Origin: Octopus bimaculoides
Lineage: Eukaryota
Assembly (NCBI RefSeq): GCF_001194135.2
Contig: NC_068990.1
Location: 78,169,896-78,231,287 of the forward strand
Length of the DNA: 61,392 nucleotides
Reading direction: 5' to 3'
The notes below the pieces were generated by a model, which did not search any database, was not told the DNA's origin, and saw only the letters and a list, made by a program, of their open reading frames with translations. The translations under genes and the position numbers were made by a program. Within the stretch, counting starts at the first letter, position 1. Each line of letters begins with the position of its first letter. This document shows positions 39,628 through 53,115 of the stretch, piece after piece.

Positions 39628-40017
39628 TATAAATAAGTAACAAAGATGTACAGGTGTCAATTCATTACAGCTGTTTCAAGCAGCTCTTTTAATTGATTAA
39701 TGAAAACATTGCATCAGTTTGCAAACTGTTTAGTCAGATGACCACATAGACTTCAAACATATAACCATTTTTTAAAAACATATTTACATCAATATTGGAA
39801 CTCAAAGTATTCACATTGTTTCTTTTTGTGATATTTGTGACAAAAGATGTAAATATGTCTTATAAAAATGGTTATATCCATATGTTTGAAGTGTATGCGG
39901 TCATCTGACGAATGGTTTTTTTTCAAATCGATGTAATGTTTCCGTTAATTAATTGAAGGAGCCACTTGAAACGGCCGTAATGAATTGATACTTGTACATC
40001 TTTGTTACTCATTTATA
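39628..40017. mobile_element. About 390-bp foldback (palindromic) MITE
   Basis: Left arm ataaataagtaacaaagatgtacaggtgtcaattcattacagctgtttcaag and right arm cttgaaacggccgtaatgaattgatacttgtacatctttgttactcatttata are reverse complements; pairing continues inward for about 170 bp per arm. Confidence 0.85.
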
Positions 40018-40029
40018 TTCTCTGTCTCT

Positions 40030-43000
40030 CTCTATGACAAAGTTTCTACAGCTGGATGTCTTTCTTAATGCCAACCACTCTAAGAGTGTAGTGGGTGCTT
40101 TTTAACTGCCACCGGCACAGGAACCAATCAGGTGGACCTGGCATCAATCACGTTTGGATAGTGCTTTTTATGTGCCACCAGCACAGGAGCCAGTCAGTGG
40201 GTACTGGCATTGGCCATGTTCGGATGGTGCTTTTTATGTACCACCAGCATGGGTGCCAGTCAGGACACTGGCATTGACCACATTTGGATGATGCACTTTA
40301 TGTACCACCAGAACAGGAGCCAGTCAGTGGGCTCTGGCCACAGCTACGATTTTTGGTTTTGACTCAACAGGTCTTCTCAAGCATATCATATTGCCTGAAT
40401 CATTAAGGGTACTCTTAAATGGGCCGGACATGCAACATTGGCATCAGCCATGGCTGCAATCTCACTTTACTTGCCGGGTCTTCTCAATCACAGCATATCT
40501 CCAAAGGTCTCAATCTCCTGTCATTGTCTCTTTGAAGCCCAATGTTTGAAGGTCATGCTTCACCACCTCATCCCATGTCTTCCTGGGTCTACCTCTTCCA
40601 CAGGTTCCTTCTACAGTTAGGGAGTGGCACTTCCTAACACAGCTGTCTTTATTTCATACACAACACATGACCATACCAGCACAGTCGTCTTGCACACCAC
40701 ATCTGATGCTTCTTAGGTCCAACTTCTCTCTCAGGGCACTTACACTGTGTCATGTATGCACACTGACATTACACATCCAGCAGATCATACTTGCTTCATT
40801 TCTTTCAAGCCTATGCATGTCCTTATCAGTCATGGTCCATGTTTTTCTGCCATGTAGCATGGCAGTTCGCACACATGCATCATACAGTCTACCTTTCATC
40901 CTGAGCTAGAGGCCCTTAGTTGCCAGCAGAGGTAGGAGCTCCCTGAACTTTGCCCAGGCTATTCTTATTCTAGCCACTACTCTCTCAGAGCATCCACCCC
41001 CACTATAGACTTGGTATCCTAGGTGGCGGAAGCTATCAACTAGTTCTAGTTTTTCCCCCTGGCATCTTAGAGAATCTGTTTTCTGTACATCTTCAATGTT
41101 TATTGCCCCTGTGCATCTGCTACACATAAAAACTGTCTTCCCAGTTAACTTTCCTTTGATATTGCTGCAACTTTTATGTGTCCATAGCATACACTGGGTA
41201 CATCGCATGGAGTTTCTACCCATGCCTTTTCCACAAATCGAGCAGGGCCATCTACCTGAAGGGGTTTTCGATTTGTCAGCCTTCCTACTTTCTAAGACTG
41301 GTTTTTGCTAGGTTAACCCTGAGCTTACCTCTTCCACAGGTTCCCTCCACAATTCCTTATCCGTATACATCACAATTTTCTCTCTTGCACACTACATCTG
41401 ATGCCTCATACACACAATTTATCTCTTCAAACATTTACACTTTGTCATACATGCACATTAACACTGCACATCCAGTGGAGTATGCTCTGTTAATTTTTTT
41501 CCAACCCTACACATGATCTGTGCAACCACAGCCCAGGTTTAACTGCCATATAGTATAACTGTCCAAATCTGCTTTTCACCCCGTGGGAGAGGCTCTTTGT
41601 TACCAACAACGGTAGTAACTCTCTAAACCATGACCAGCCTGTTCTTAAAGTAGCAACTACTGTTTTAGAATGTCCTCCTTAATTGCTAACTTTGTTTCCT
41701 AGATAATGGACACTGTCTACTACTTCTAAGGAACATCCCAGACATTTCAGAAAGTGTATTTCCTGTACACTCTGCGAGTTTATTGTACCTGGACATCTGC
41801 CACAGACAAAGACTACTTTCTTTGTTAACCTTCCTGTGGTACTGCTGCACCTCTTGTGTCCATAACTTGTGCTGAGCACACTATAAAGAATTTCTACATA
41901 TTGAGCAGGGCTGCCTCCTTGAAGGGGATTAGTAATTTGTCTGTGTTCCTACTTACTAGGATTTTGGTCTTAGCTAAATTTAAGTCTAAGGCCCTTTGAT
42001 TCCAGACCTTGCTTCCGCATCTGAAATTTCTTCTCTAATTCTTGTAAAAATTCAGCTATAAGAACAGGGTTATCAGTTTAGAAGAGCTCTCTAGGGCATC
42101 CAGTCTTAAATTCCTCAGTTAAGGCTTGGAGGACTATGATATGCAAAAGTGGGCTGAATACCAATCCTTCATGAGCTCCTGCCAGTACGCTAAACTCGTT
42201 GCCAACTTTCACCTTACTGATGGTGTCCCAGTACATGGCTTGTACTACTCTCATCAACCACTCACCTATCCCTAGCATTTACATTGCCCACCAGATAAGG
42301 GAGTGGAGGACCCTGTCAAAGGCTTTCTCTATGTACTGTGGTTTATTCTTCGTTAGATGCTTCTCCTGCAGTTACTTTACTAGGAAGATAGCATCAGTAT
42401 TACTTCTTCTTAGAGCAAAACCAAACTGCATTTCATGTAGGCTAATTCTATTCCTAATTAGTTGAGTTATGATCCTTTCTGTAACTTTCATCACCTGGTC
42501 AGCAATTTGAAACCTCTATGATTATTTCTGTCTAAGATGTCAGGTTTATCTTTGTAGCAGTTGACTATAATGCTGTTACATCAGTTGTTGGGTATGATTC
42601 CCTTGTGGACAACCTTATTCACTATATGAGTGAGTAGCTCTTATCCCTCTCTGCCAGATATTTTAAGCATCTCATTGGTGATACTTGAATGGCTGAGGGA
42701 TTTCACTGTCTTCATATCTTTAATTGCTTTATCTACCGAGCTACTGTTGATTCAGATAGCTAGTCCCTCTGTTTGGTCTATATGAGGTAGACTCCCCTTC
42801 TCCTATGCATTCTGCTCACTTAGCACTCTTTCATGGTGCACTTCCAAGCCTCTTCCTTTGCAGAATCACTAAGTGCAGGTATATTATCATCCATGTCAAC
42901 ACACTTCTCTCCTACATCACAATTTTCTCTGACATACTGTCTTGCCATCTGAAACAACTCAAGCCTCTGGTTCTCATGCTGCAGAACACTGGCAAACTTC
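40030..43000 (-). mobile_element. RTE-clade LINE, two joined or nested decayed copies including RT
   Basis: RT motifs (GLVFSPLLHIIVLQAL, LDKAFDRV-like at about 42320), two PHD-like Cys/His modules, C-terminal region, and a 3' UTR with about 65-bp internal repeats at 40090-40350. Confidence 0.9.
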
Positions 43001-43428
43001 CATTTTATACTATTTACTAGTTATTCTTTTTGTATTTTATTGATTTTTTGAATAAAATCAATTTTGTGATATATTTGTTTTCTGGAGGGTGTGAGTTGAT
43101 TTCTTCTTTGTTGAATTATTTAATAATGGTTTTTCTTTAAATTATACATATATATTTTATATTGGGAAATTTGATTTAGTATTGCTAAATTGAATTTTTC
43201 CCTGTAAGTTTTGTACTTTATTCCCTATTATTATTATTATTATAATATATATATATATATGTATATATATGGGTACACTGTGCACCTGTTTAGGCAGCGT
43301 TGATTTGATAGAGAGAGAGTGAGCTAATGTACAGCACGTACATTTGATCACTAGAAATGAATCATTTGTGCTGCAGTTCATTCAGCAAAAGCTGTGCTCA
43401 TACATTGTTTTCAACAGGAGAGTCCACC

Positions 43429-43469
<41 letters not shown>

Positions 43470-43475
<6 letters not shown>

Positions 43476-45560
43476 ATATAGCATGCCAGGTAGCATCTGG
43501 TGAGACACAGGAGTCTGTGCAGGAAGCACCCTGGAGATATCTCAGTAGCTGTATTGCATCAGAGGTCCAAGCCTATCCAGCAAGAAAGTTCGATCACTTG
43601 GGGCAAGGAGAGAAATCAAAACCCTCAATAAGTAGTAAAAGGGAGAGCAATAAAAGCTGAGAAGCAGAAGGGGACTAAAAGGGTTCAGTATACAAAGGAC
43701 ACATTTAGGTTTACCTGATGGATCAGGTCGAGTAGATTCTAGCTCTAGGTATGTAAAAACCACTCTGAATGCCAACCCAGACTTTAGTAGAGTTGAATTA
43801 TCGGAAAATAAGCTTAACATAACAGTCCATCATAGAAAGAAGTTACAAAAACAGTGAAGAAAATCAGAACCAGATCCCACTCTTTGCCGAAGTGGTATAC
43901 TGTAAAAAATATATAAAACATACCTGATGCTCCTTCAGAGATGATGGACCAAAAAATCTGGAAAAAGGAAATCATTCCTTCAAGAAGGTAGAATGTTGTT
44001 TTGTACCAAAAGAATTATCTCACTCATGAGTTTTGAAGGTAAAATCTTCTTTTCAAAAAGATGACCTCGTATGTGACTGAGAATGGATACATGAATCCCT
44101 CTGTCCAGAAATCTAGAACAGTCTAGAATTCTCAGAAGATTTAGGAAGCATAAAAGCAAAGGTGAACTTGATAGTGGTCTGGTGAGATTTGATTGATACA
44201 TATGGATTAATCTCTCATACAGAAAGCCCTACACTACCACTACATCAAGGGATTTTGGAGTCATCCAGTTGTGTTTTAGAATGTGCCACCTTACAATTTG
44301 GTGGCAAGCCTTAGTGAAAGGAAGCATAACTGGTTACACAATTTTCCCCATTCTTTTCATCATAGGAATAAACCTCCTCATAACAACTGCTGATAAGGAT
44401 GTCTAAAGATTACAAATAGAGTTGAGCAGCCAATAACATCTAAAAAGTGAGGATCATGGATGTTCTTAAAGTGATAACCACAGTCTATGTACAAACAAAA
44501 CATACAAACTTTATTTGAACACAGCAACATGGGTTAGAATGAAGTTTAAGCTTAAGAAACCTAAAAAGTATGGTGATCAGTATAGGCATGCAAGTACAAG
44601 CATCAGCTATTCCATAAGTGGAGGAGAATCTGATCAAATGCCTTGAAAAATGTTTTGATATTTTACTCACTGATTAGAACGACCTCACCAATACTGAGAA
44701 GCAGGCAGATTCAGGGCTTTCAGGAAAATTCAAAGCATGGCTCTGCCGACATAGATTACATCTGAGATTTGCGTCAGTTGAGAGTATTTGACATACAGAC
44801 AAACGGAAGGAGTGGAAAAGATGAGTAACTCTGAAGTGGTACCTAAAATCTGGATTACTCTTGCTTCCCCTGTCATTTGTGGTGTAGAATAGTAATGATG
44901 AGCAAGTCAGACAGGCAGGTATCACTACAAGATCAGGATGCAAGTGGGCAACCAACTGCACAGTTGCACATGCTAAAAGCATGCAGCATTTGAATAGAAT
45001 GGTATGGTCTTGGTTCTTCCTATTTCCAACAGTGACCCAGGAAGTTGTATGACACCAAGATGAAGAAAGATCAAGAACTATAGAGCTAATATCTCAGAGA
45101 AGCTGAACCAAATGAGCCAACACAAGAGGAAGACCACATGGATTAGAACATTTGTGTTTTGTTTCTGCTGTCAGCAATGTATGGCATGCTACCAACACCG
45201 ACAAACCTGCACAGAAAGGACATGAAGGATAACCAGCTGTGTAGATCATGTGGCAAGAAGGGTAGCCTCATACACATCTTGTCAGGGTGTAAAACAGTAC
45301 TTATGCAAGGGAGATATTAGTGGTGCCATGAGAAGGTGGTTACGCTCACACCCTAGAGTAAAAGAGATGCAAAAAGCACCAACAGCAGGGGAAAATGGCA
45401 CCACCAATGAAGGAAAGATAATAGTGAAAAAAATGAGAAGTTTACAGGAGGTCCAATCATGGAATATGACAGTAGACCTGGGAGAAAGTAAAAAGATCCT
45501 TTACCTTTAAAACAGATAAGGTTTAGCATCAAGAACAGCATCCACCTGCAAAACAATGCT
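43470..45560 (+). mobile_element. Non-LTR retrotransposon of the restriction-like-endonuclease group (Hero-like), decayed
   Basis: RT-like motif near 44335 (degenerate GCTISPILF), VRMKFK near 44535, and zinc knuckle PTPTNLHR...LCRSCGKKGSLIHILSGC...GRY*WCHEKV. Confidence 0.75.
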
Positions 45561-46900
45561 TCAGATCACATATTTATTCAGTTCATGTGAGTATAGAAAA
45601 CAATGGATGCAAAACAAATAAAGAAATGAATCCATATAAAATTGAGAAATTTAGTTTTGCACTTGTTACTTGTTTTTAGCTGGAGCTGTAAGAGTATATA
45701 TTTTAAAATTTCTTAATATGAAATCTAAATACTCTGTATTACCTTGATATTGATATGTGAGTAAGTATATAGAATTATTTGATGGTTGTTTTTCAAGATT
45801 AGTTATGAACTGGCTAAATAAATAAGCATTTGGAGTATCATGTCATACTGCAGGATTTTCTATCCACTGTTAGACACATGTGATCTAGAAGGATTATTTA
45901 CAACCATGTGGTTTTGGGTTTGATCCCACTGTATGACAACTTAGCCAAGGGTCTTCTATAGCCTTGAGTTGACTGATACTTTGTGAAATTTAATAGCTGG
46001 GGTGGGGAAACTTTTTAGTGCAGCCGGCAAAAATTTATGAGTGGATCACAAGTTCTAACTCTTTATATCTGTGTATAATTTGATGAACATTAATAAAGAG
46101 AAGTTTAACACATTAAATTAATGCTGCCACTGAATTTAGGACATTTATATTATGAGGTATTCTATATTTTTCCAAATGCACCTATCCAAATGATGGAGAA
46201 ATCATAACAATCAAGCACAGACCAAATTTAATTTTGAAAAATTACATTAATACCTGAATAACATATGTGAATGACATTTTTAAACAAATTTACCCTAGTG
46301 ATAGTTTTATCAAAGCTTTAACTTTAAAATTTGGTTTTGTTTAGTGAGAAAGGTGAAATTACTTCTTTTTTTTTTTTTTCTTGAAAGTTTAGGAATATCA
46401 TGCCTTTGAATAAACTGCTATTCTTAGTTCATTACTCAAGTTTTCGTCAGCAAGTCTGGTACGAAGATTTTTTGCATAATTCAATTTGGCAAAAAAACTG
46501 CTCACATTGATAAGTTGTCAAAAATTCAGATTGATGAATTCCAATAAAGATAGAGTATCATATTTCGATTTTATTAACTTATACGAATGCAAACCAATTA
46601 ATGCTAATTGTAAAGAATCTGAAGCTTCCTCAGAACACCTCGAAAGGTGTTTCAAAAACACATAGATCGATTTTGTTATCTTGTATTTCTTCAAAAGACT
46701 TCTGCACTTGTCAAAGTGTTTCCTTTGTTGATTTGGGATTTTGTTTCTCAATTTGGAAAAATGCGTGAAACACTTTCTTTTCAATTGTGTGACAAATAAA
46801 TGAATCATTGATTCAAAGCTTTTGGTATGAGAAAGCAAACTGGTTATTAGCTGATTGGAACCTTGTAGTTTCAAGTTCAAATTATTTAAATGACTAATTA

Positions 46901-48181
46901 TCTCTCTATATAAAATTCTTTGTCTGTTCCCTATGTATTCTCAAACGGCTCCACAAAATCAAATCATATTTTACAAGGTAATAAATAGTGGTGTCAACAT
47001 GTAATTTTTATTTCAATTTGGATTGAAACAATATAACATTATCTAGACATAATCTTTCTGAAGTCAAACTGTAGTTAAAGGACATTTTATATGACGTCGA
47101 TGACGATGTCACATTTTGTGTGTGTGTGTGTGTATCTGTTTGCGCCTTCCTTACATACGACATAGTAGAGGACATTTTATATGACGACGACCATGATGAC
47201 ACATTTTGTGTGTGTATGTGTGAATGTTTGCGCCTTCTTTATGTACGACAAGGTAAAAGACATTTCATACCTTGACAACGGCACATTTTGTATATGAGTG
47301 TGTATGTGTTTGCATGGTTGTTATGTAAATGTATGTTTGTGTGTGTTTGTCTTAGTATATATGAGTGTGTGTGATTGTCAATTACACTGATGTAAACTGG
47401 GTTATGTGAAAGAGCTATACTGGCTCCAACTAATGAAATGGTTGATAAACTCAATCATGAACTTTTGCAAAAGTTAACATGTACATCAGAAATGACTTTT
47501 CCCTCAATTCACGCAGCAATCGATCAAGAACATGTTGTTCAATATCCTGTTGAATTTCTGAACACATTTATAAACCCACTGGGATGCCATCGCATAACTT
47601 GATACTAAAACTGGGTGCTCCCATTATGTTATTTAGGAATTTTGACCCACCTCGCCTGTGTAATGGAACTCGCTTAATTGTTACTTCCATGAAGCCCATG
47701 TCCTACAGGCAACAATCATAACTGGTAGTCACAAAAAAGAAAATGTCTTTATTTCAAAATTTCCTCTCATATCTACTGATGTTCCATTTGAATTTAAGAG
47801 GCTTCAGATTCCAGTCAAACTAAGTTTTGGTATTTCAATTAACAAATCTCTGGGTCATTCCCCCAAGGTAGTTGGACTTGATCTCTCTACTACATGCTTC
47901 TTCCATGGTCAACTCTATGTTGGTTGCTCACAAGTTGGAAGCAGCAACAATTTATTCATTTGGACAAAAACAAAAAAAAAATGACGCAATGACTATTGTT
48001 TACCCTGCTTCAAGATTGACAGATTTTCACTTCTAAATTCTATTATCATCACAATTTGGATATTTAAAAAAATAAAATATAGATATTTTGAAATAATTAT
48101 GAGAAAAAAGATGTATCTTCATATTTATTTAGTAATCTGAATAGCAGCAGTAACCTGGGCAACGCTGGGTAATTCAGCTAG
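46901..48181 (+). mobile_element. Internally deleted Helitron with both termini
   Basis: A|TC 5' end at 46901; PIF1 helicase C-terminus (LAPTNEMVDKLN, PIMLFRNFDPPRLCNGTRL, HGQLYVGCSQVG); hairpin acctgggcaacgctgggt then CTAG|T at 48178-48182; about 87-bp tandem repeat at 47080-47260. Confidence 0.92.
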
Positions 48182-48836
48182 TATCTACTAAAAATGCTAA
48201 ATCACTTTGAATCTTATCTACCAGTTCTACAATAGGAACTCCTTTAATATTCATAAAAAAAATTTCACTTCTTCCATCAGTCCATAAAATCGCTTAAGCA
48301 TTTGGGTCTACATAACCACCTAACTTCACAATGCTACAATAAATCCCCATATACAGCTTCAAGATCTTTCAAAAATTCTTTAAATTCCCTATTATTCAAC
48401 CCTTTGTTTTTATCAAATTAACAGCCTTAGTTACAACCTTCATTACATTGCCCATCTTAAGAGATTTTGCACTTAAACTTTGCATATGAATAAAGCATTG
48501 ATTGGCACACAAAGTTTCTTAAATTTATTCTTAAGCAGAACTATCAACCCTTTTTCACAACCTACCACAGATAGAGTGCCATCTGTAGCGATACCACTCG
48601 CTTTTTTTTTCATACAGTAAATCAAAATCCTTTAAGGCTCTAGTTGTTCTATGCATTAATTTCAAGGCAAGAAATTCTTCCCAAATGTTGAGTTTTGCAG
48701 TTATTCCACGTATAAATATTACTATCTGGGCGGTAATTAGACAGATCAGTTGTTTCATCAATAGCTAGTGAATATAAAACGAATTCTACTGAATCAGATT
48801 TTGAATGTCATAAGCAGTATCTTTGGTTAATGTTTA

Positions 48837-49136
48837 CAATATTACCCGGAAACGAAATCAGAAAAAAAACTAGTGCAACAGGTGTAAAACAATGTGTATG
48901 AAACGAATATGAAAACAAAAATGTGCACAAAGCAACGGAGTGGGGGGAGGGGACTTTCAGAAAATTCTGATAACATTTTTGTAACAAATCGTGTCTATTG
49001 AAGAAGCCAAGTCAACAATGTGTTGAATCAAAAGATTCTAACCCTTTTAATCCAATCTCTTGTCGCCACATGAAATCAGCTTTTTTAGTGGGGAGATGAC
49101 CCAATTTTTTAATGGGGGTGAGATAACCAAAAAGTA

Positions 49137-49171
<35 letters not shown>

Positions 49172-50589
49172 GTTGAATGAATTACGGTAATCGGTTAATG
49201 TTTACTTTCCTCCATAACTTTGAGGAAAATGGATATCCTTTCATGAAATTTTAATATAAATACCTTTCAAGCGGCATACATTACGGTTATAAAGAAATTT
49301 GTGGGGGAAATCTTTTCCGAGGCGTGGGGAGAGGACTTTCAGAAAATTCACAAGATCCTATTGTTTTCCCTCGTGACATTAGGAAGGGCATCCAGCTGTA
49401 GAAACTTTGCCAGATCAGCTTGAAGCCTTGTGCAGCTTTCTGGCCCTCAGTGAAACCGTCCAACCCATGCTAGCATGGAAAGCGGACGTTAAACAACGAT
49501 GATGATAATGATGAACTTTGAGGAAAATGGATATCTTTTGATGAAATTTTATATAAATACCTTTCAAACGGCATACATTACTATTATAAAGAAATTTGTG
49601 GGGGAAAAATCTTTTCCGATGGGGAGAGGACATTCGAAGAGAAAGAAATTCATAAATTATTTTTTTTGCTTGAGTGTAACGAAAAAAGGCTTGAAAAAAA
49701 AACCCCTTTTCTTTTTTTTTGTAATAGAAAAAGGTTTTAAAAAAAGATTCCATGTATCATGGTGAGAGAAACAAATTCATAAATATGGTGTTGAATATGG
49801 TTTCATTATAGAAAAAAGTTAAGGGCGATTTAGCTGTTGTTTTTAGCATATCTGATGACCGTCTGATACCTTCCTTATTTGTTTAATATTTTTGCTTAAT
49901 TACAAGTTCTCTCAGTCACCAATAAGCAAGTTAACAAGTCTAATGGGTGTTGGAAGATCTGTATAGAATGTTTTAAAGTATATAAGCATAGTTGAGGGCA
50001 AGAAGAATGTTTTCCAGTATAAAAAATGCGCCAGTGTACCTTTAAGGAGTTATTGGTGAACGACATCAAGAACCAGTATACATTCTAGGAACATGGGTGT
50101 AGTCTTACAGCCGTCAAAAGAAACTTATGAAGTTGGGGTGGTGAGATGGCCTGTATGAAAAGTAACTGAGCGACATATTGTTCAAGTAGCTAGGTCTCTC
50201 ATTCCTTGTCGAACAATAGACTTTCTCGGGTTTCTCCATAAATGCTCAGTATTTTGAGTGTGAATAGAAAGGGATTTCTATAAAATTTCATTAGAAGATA
50301 TCAAAGTTACGAGGGGAAAAAAATCGGATCTTGTGAATTTTCCAAAAGTCCTTTCCCCACCCCCAGAAAAAGATTTCCCCCACGGGTTTCTTTATAATTG
50401 TAATCTGTGTTATTTGAAGGATATTTATATGAAATTTCATTAAAAGATATTCATTTTCCTCAAAGTTACGAGGGAAAAAGAAGTCGGATCTTGTGAATTT
50501 TCCGAAAGTCCCCCCCCCCTTTGCTCGCATTTTTGTTTCATTTTTTTACACCCGTTGCATTATTATTTTCTTCTTTCTTGTTAGTATTG
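48837..50589. mobile_element. Foldback-like non-autonomous element with long imperfect TIRs and TA flanks
   Basis: TA|CAATA... at 48835-48841 and ...TATTG|TA at 50585-50591; subterminal units repeated directly (49217, 49510) and inverted (50295-50510); contains an RTE tail and a Merlin fragment. Confidence 0.7.
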
Positions 50590-51114
50590 TAAAATATTAA
50601 CCATATCAGTTATCTTTAATACGATCAGAAACACTTCTGGATAAACTAATTATTTCCTAACAAAAGTTTTCTTCCTCATAATTAACTGATTCACTTTCAA
50701 GAATCGTCCTTTAAAAAAATCTTTTCTTTTGATTAGATTTTCTTTCAAGGAGGCTTTCTTGGCTAAACATTCAGATTCTTTTAAATTTTCATCGGTCTTA
50801 TGCTTATTCACAAAATCCTCCTCAATATTATATTTTTTGTGAACAGCTATTTATTTGTTGCAAATGAAACAAAAACACTTATCTATTTCAATAAAAAAAT
50901 AATAAGGTTCAGTCCATTTTTCATCAAACAAAGCACGTTCATCAACACCTTTCTTTATAACCACTTGCCATATTGATTAAGGGTATCGAAAACAAATTGG
51001 TTTAACAAAGTTATAAACTGGTTAAACTTATCACTTTCGGAATTTTTATCATTACCGCTGCTGCCTGGGGAAAACAAAAGCCAACCAACTCTTCATGAAT
51101 GCATTCAGTGTTGT

Positions 51115-51481
51115 GTGTTGGCACTCCGTCGCTTACAACAGAGGGTTCCAGTTGATCCGATCAACGGAAACAGCCTGTTCGTGAAATTAACGTGCAAGTG
51201 GCTGAGCACTCCACAGACACGTGTACCCTTAATGTAGTTCTCGGGGATATTCAGCGTGACACAGTGTGACAAGGCTGGCCTTTTGAATTACAGGCACAAC
51301 AGAAACAGGAAGTAAGAGTGAGAGAAAGTTGTGGTGAAAGAGTACAGCAGGGTTCGCCACCATCCCCTGCCTGAGCCTCGTGGAGCTCTAGGTGTTTTCG
51401 CTCAATAAACATTCACAACGCCCGCTCTGGGAATAGAAACCACGAGTGCGCTGCCCTAACCACTGGGCCATTGCGCCTCCG
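51115..51481 (-). mobile_element. SINE family C, full-length with 11-bp TSD
   Basis: Reverse complement of 30324-30703; TSD TTCAGTGTTGT at 51104-51114 and 51482-51492. Confidence 0.9.
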
Positions 51482-52756
51482 TTCAGTGTTGTAAAAAAAA
51501 AAATATCTGACAAAAATTAAGATATTGTTTGGTGGGTCGATAACTGATAATTCAATGACCTGAAAGTAGTTCCTGTTGACCTTCTTGAGACACTGATAGC
51601 AAAAAGTGCGACATTCCTTTCGATGGTTTCCTTTATGAGTTGATATCTTCATTTCAACGGAGTATTATAAATGTATAAATACCTCTAATGGTGATACTTT
51701 AGAAAAGAAAAAAAAAGAAATCGAATTTACAAATTTCAAAAAAGATTATTTTTCACAGCTTTTTCAAAAAAAAAAAGTCATATTTTTTTTTTATAATTCT
51801 CTTCATAAAACACCAAATTAATAGTTTCTGTTTCGATGAAGCTTTACCAGTTTGTTTTAAATTTTTTAATAGACTTCTAAATATTTTTTGCTTATAGATT
51901 GACAGAAAGAGGGTGAGTGTCGATTTTGGAGATTTCTTTTTTATTTCATAAAATACGTGAAAATGAAATAGGGAGTGGGGTTCTTAGATATGAATAATTT
52001 TTACACGGTATCTTCTACAATCCTTCAGCTTCATTTAAATAAAAAGTTATTTCAATACATGCAATATATTTTTTGTTTTCTCACCTAGTGTAGTTGAGTC
52101 TCAACGAGAGTACAAACCTAGCAACATGTGTTTTATAGTGAAAACAAAATTTCCATTCAAATGGCAACTACTGGACAATTTCTGTTTGAGTCTGACCTTT
52201 TTTAGTCATAGTGGAAACGTGACCTATGTCGCAAATAGACGTACGAGTATTGTATAAATTTTATAATTGAAAAACTTAGTCACTCCTGCGCCTACTACAA
52301 AATATACTGTGTGAAAGAAACAGTATGGAAGACGCGTGTAGTGACGGACACCTTTGTATCTGGCCAGGGGTTAGTTAACTTTTTTTGTTACCACCTCAGT
52401 AGTAAGATCAGGCTGTAGAAGAGGTATCTGTCACGAGACAGATTCATAAGAAGATGGAAGCCTGTGGCGGGGGAGCTGGGAGTGTTTGGCACCAGGTAAG
52501 TGGAAGCCAAAAACAAGGGAAAGAAAAAGCAAGGGGGTCTACCCTGGTGGTCGGATGCCTATCCTTCAAGAAAGCCATTACAAATTGCATCTGTAATGAG
52601 CAATGCTTTAATCGAACATTGTAAATATAATCAAATTATTATGGTATATTTAAAATTGTAAATATTTAATCGATACAGCTACTCTCCCACTCTTTTATGT
52701 TTGTCTGTCCTTGTTCGTCTCCTCTTTGTAATGCCTTTATGGCAAATATTTATGAA

Positions 52757-53115
52757 ATAAAGTAGCTTGCTTACCAACCACATGGTTCCGGGTTCGGTCC
52801 CACTGCGTGGCACCTTGTGCAAATATCTTCTACTATATAGCCTCGGGCTGACCAAGGCCTTGTGAGTGGATTTGGTAGACGGAAACTGAAAGAAGCCCGT
52901 CGTATATATGTATGTGTGTGTGTTCATGTCTGTCTCCCCAACATCGCTTTACAACCGATGCTGGCTAAGTTACGTGTCGCCGTAACTTAGCGGTTGGGCA
53001 AAAGAGACCGATACAAATAAGTACTAGGCTTACAAAGAATAAGTCCTGGGGTCGATTTGCTTGACTAAAGGCCGTGTTCCAGCATGGCCGCAGTCAAATA
53101 ACTGAAACAAAAAAA
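52757..53115 (+). mobile_element. SINE family A
   Basis: agtagcttgcttaccaaccacatggttccgggttcggtcccactgcg...caaataactgaaac. Confidence 0.88.

Noticed and set aside
40090-40350. Regularly spaced repeats suggestive of a CRISPR array (also 15986-16175 and 47080-47260)
   Set aside because: Units are degenerate tandem repeats without unique spacers, lie inside eukaryotic transposons, and no cas genes are present.
52454-52495. ATG-initiated mini-exon MEACGGGAGSVWHQ with donor CAG|gtaagt as the DNMT3 first coding exon
   Set aside because: Its phase-0 end joined to 53790 gives AAT TGT TAA (stop), and it lies within transposon-derived sequence. It is possible only as a UTR exon.
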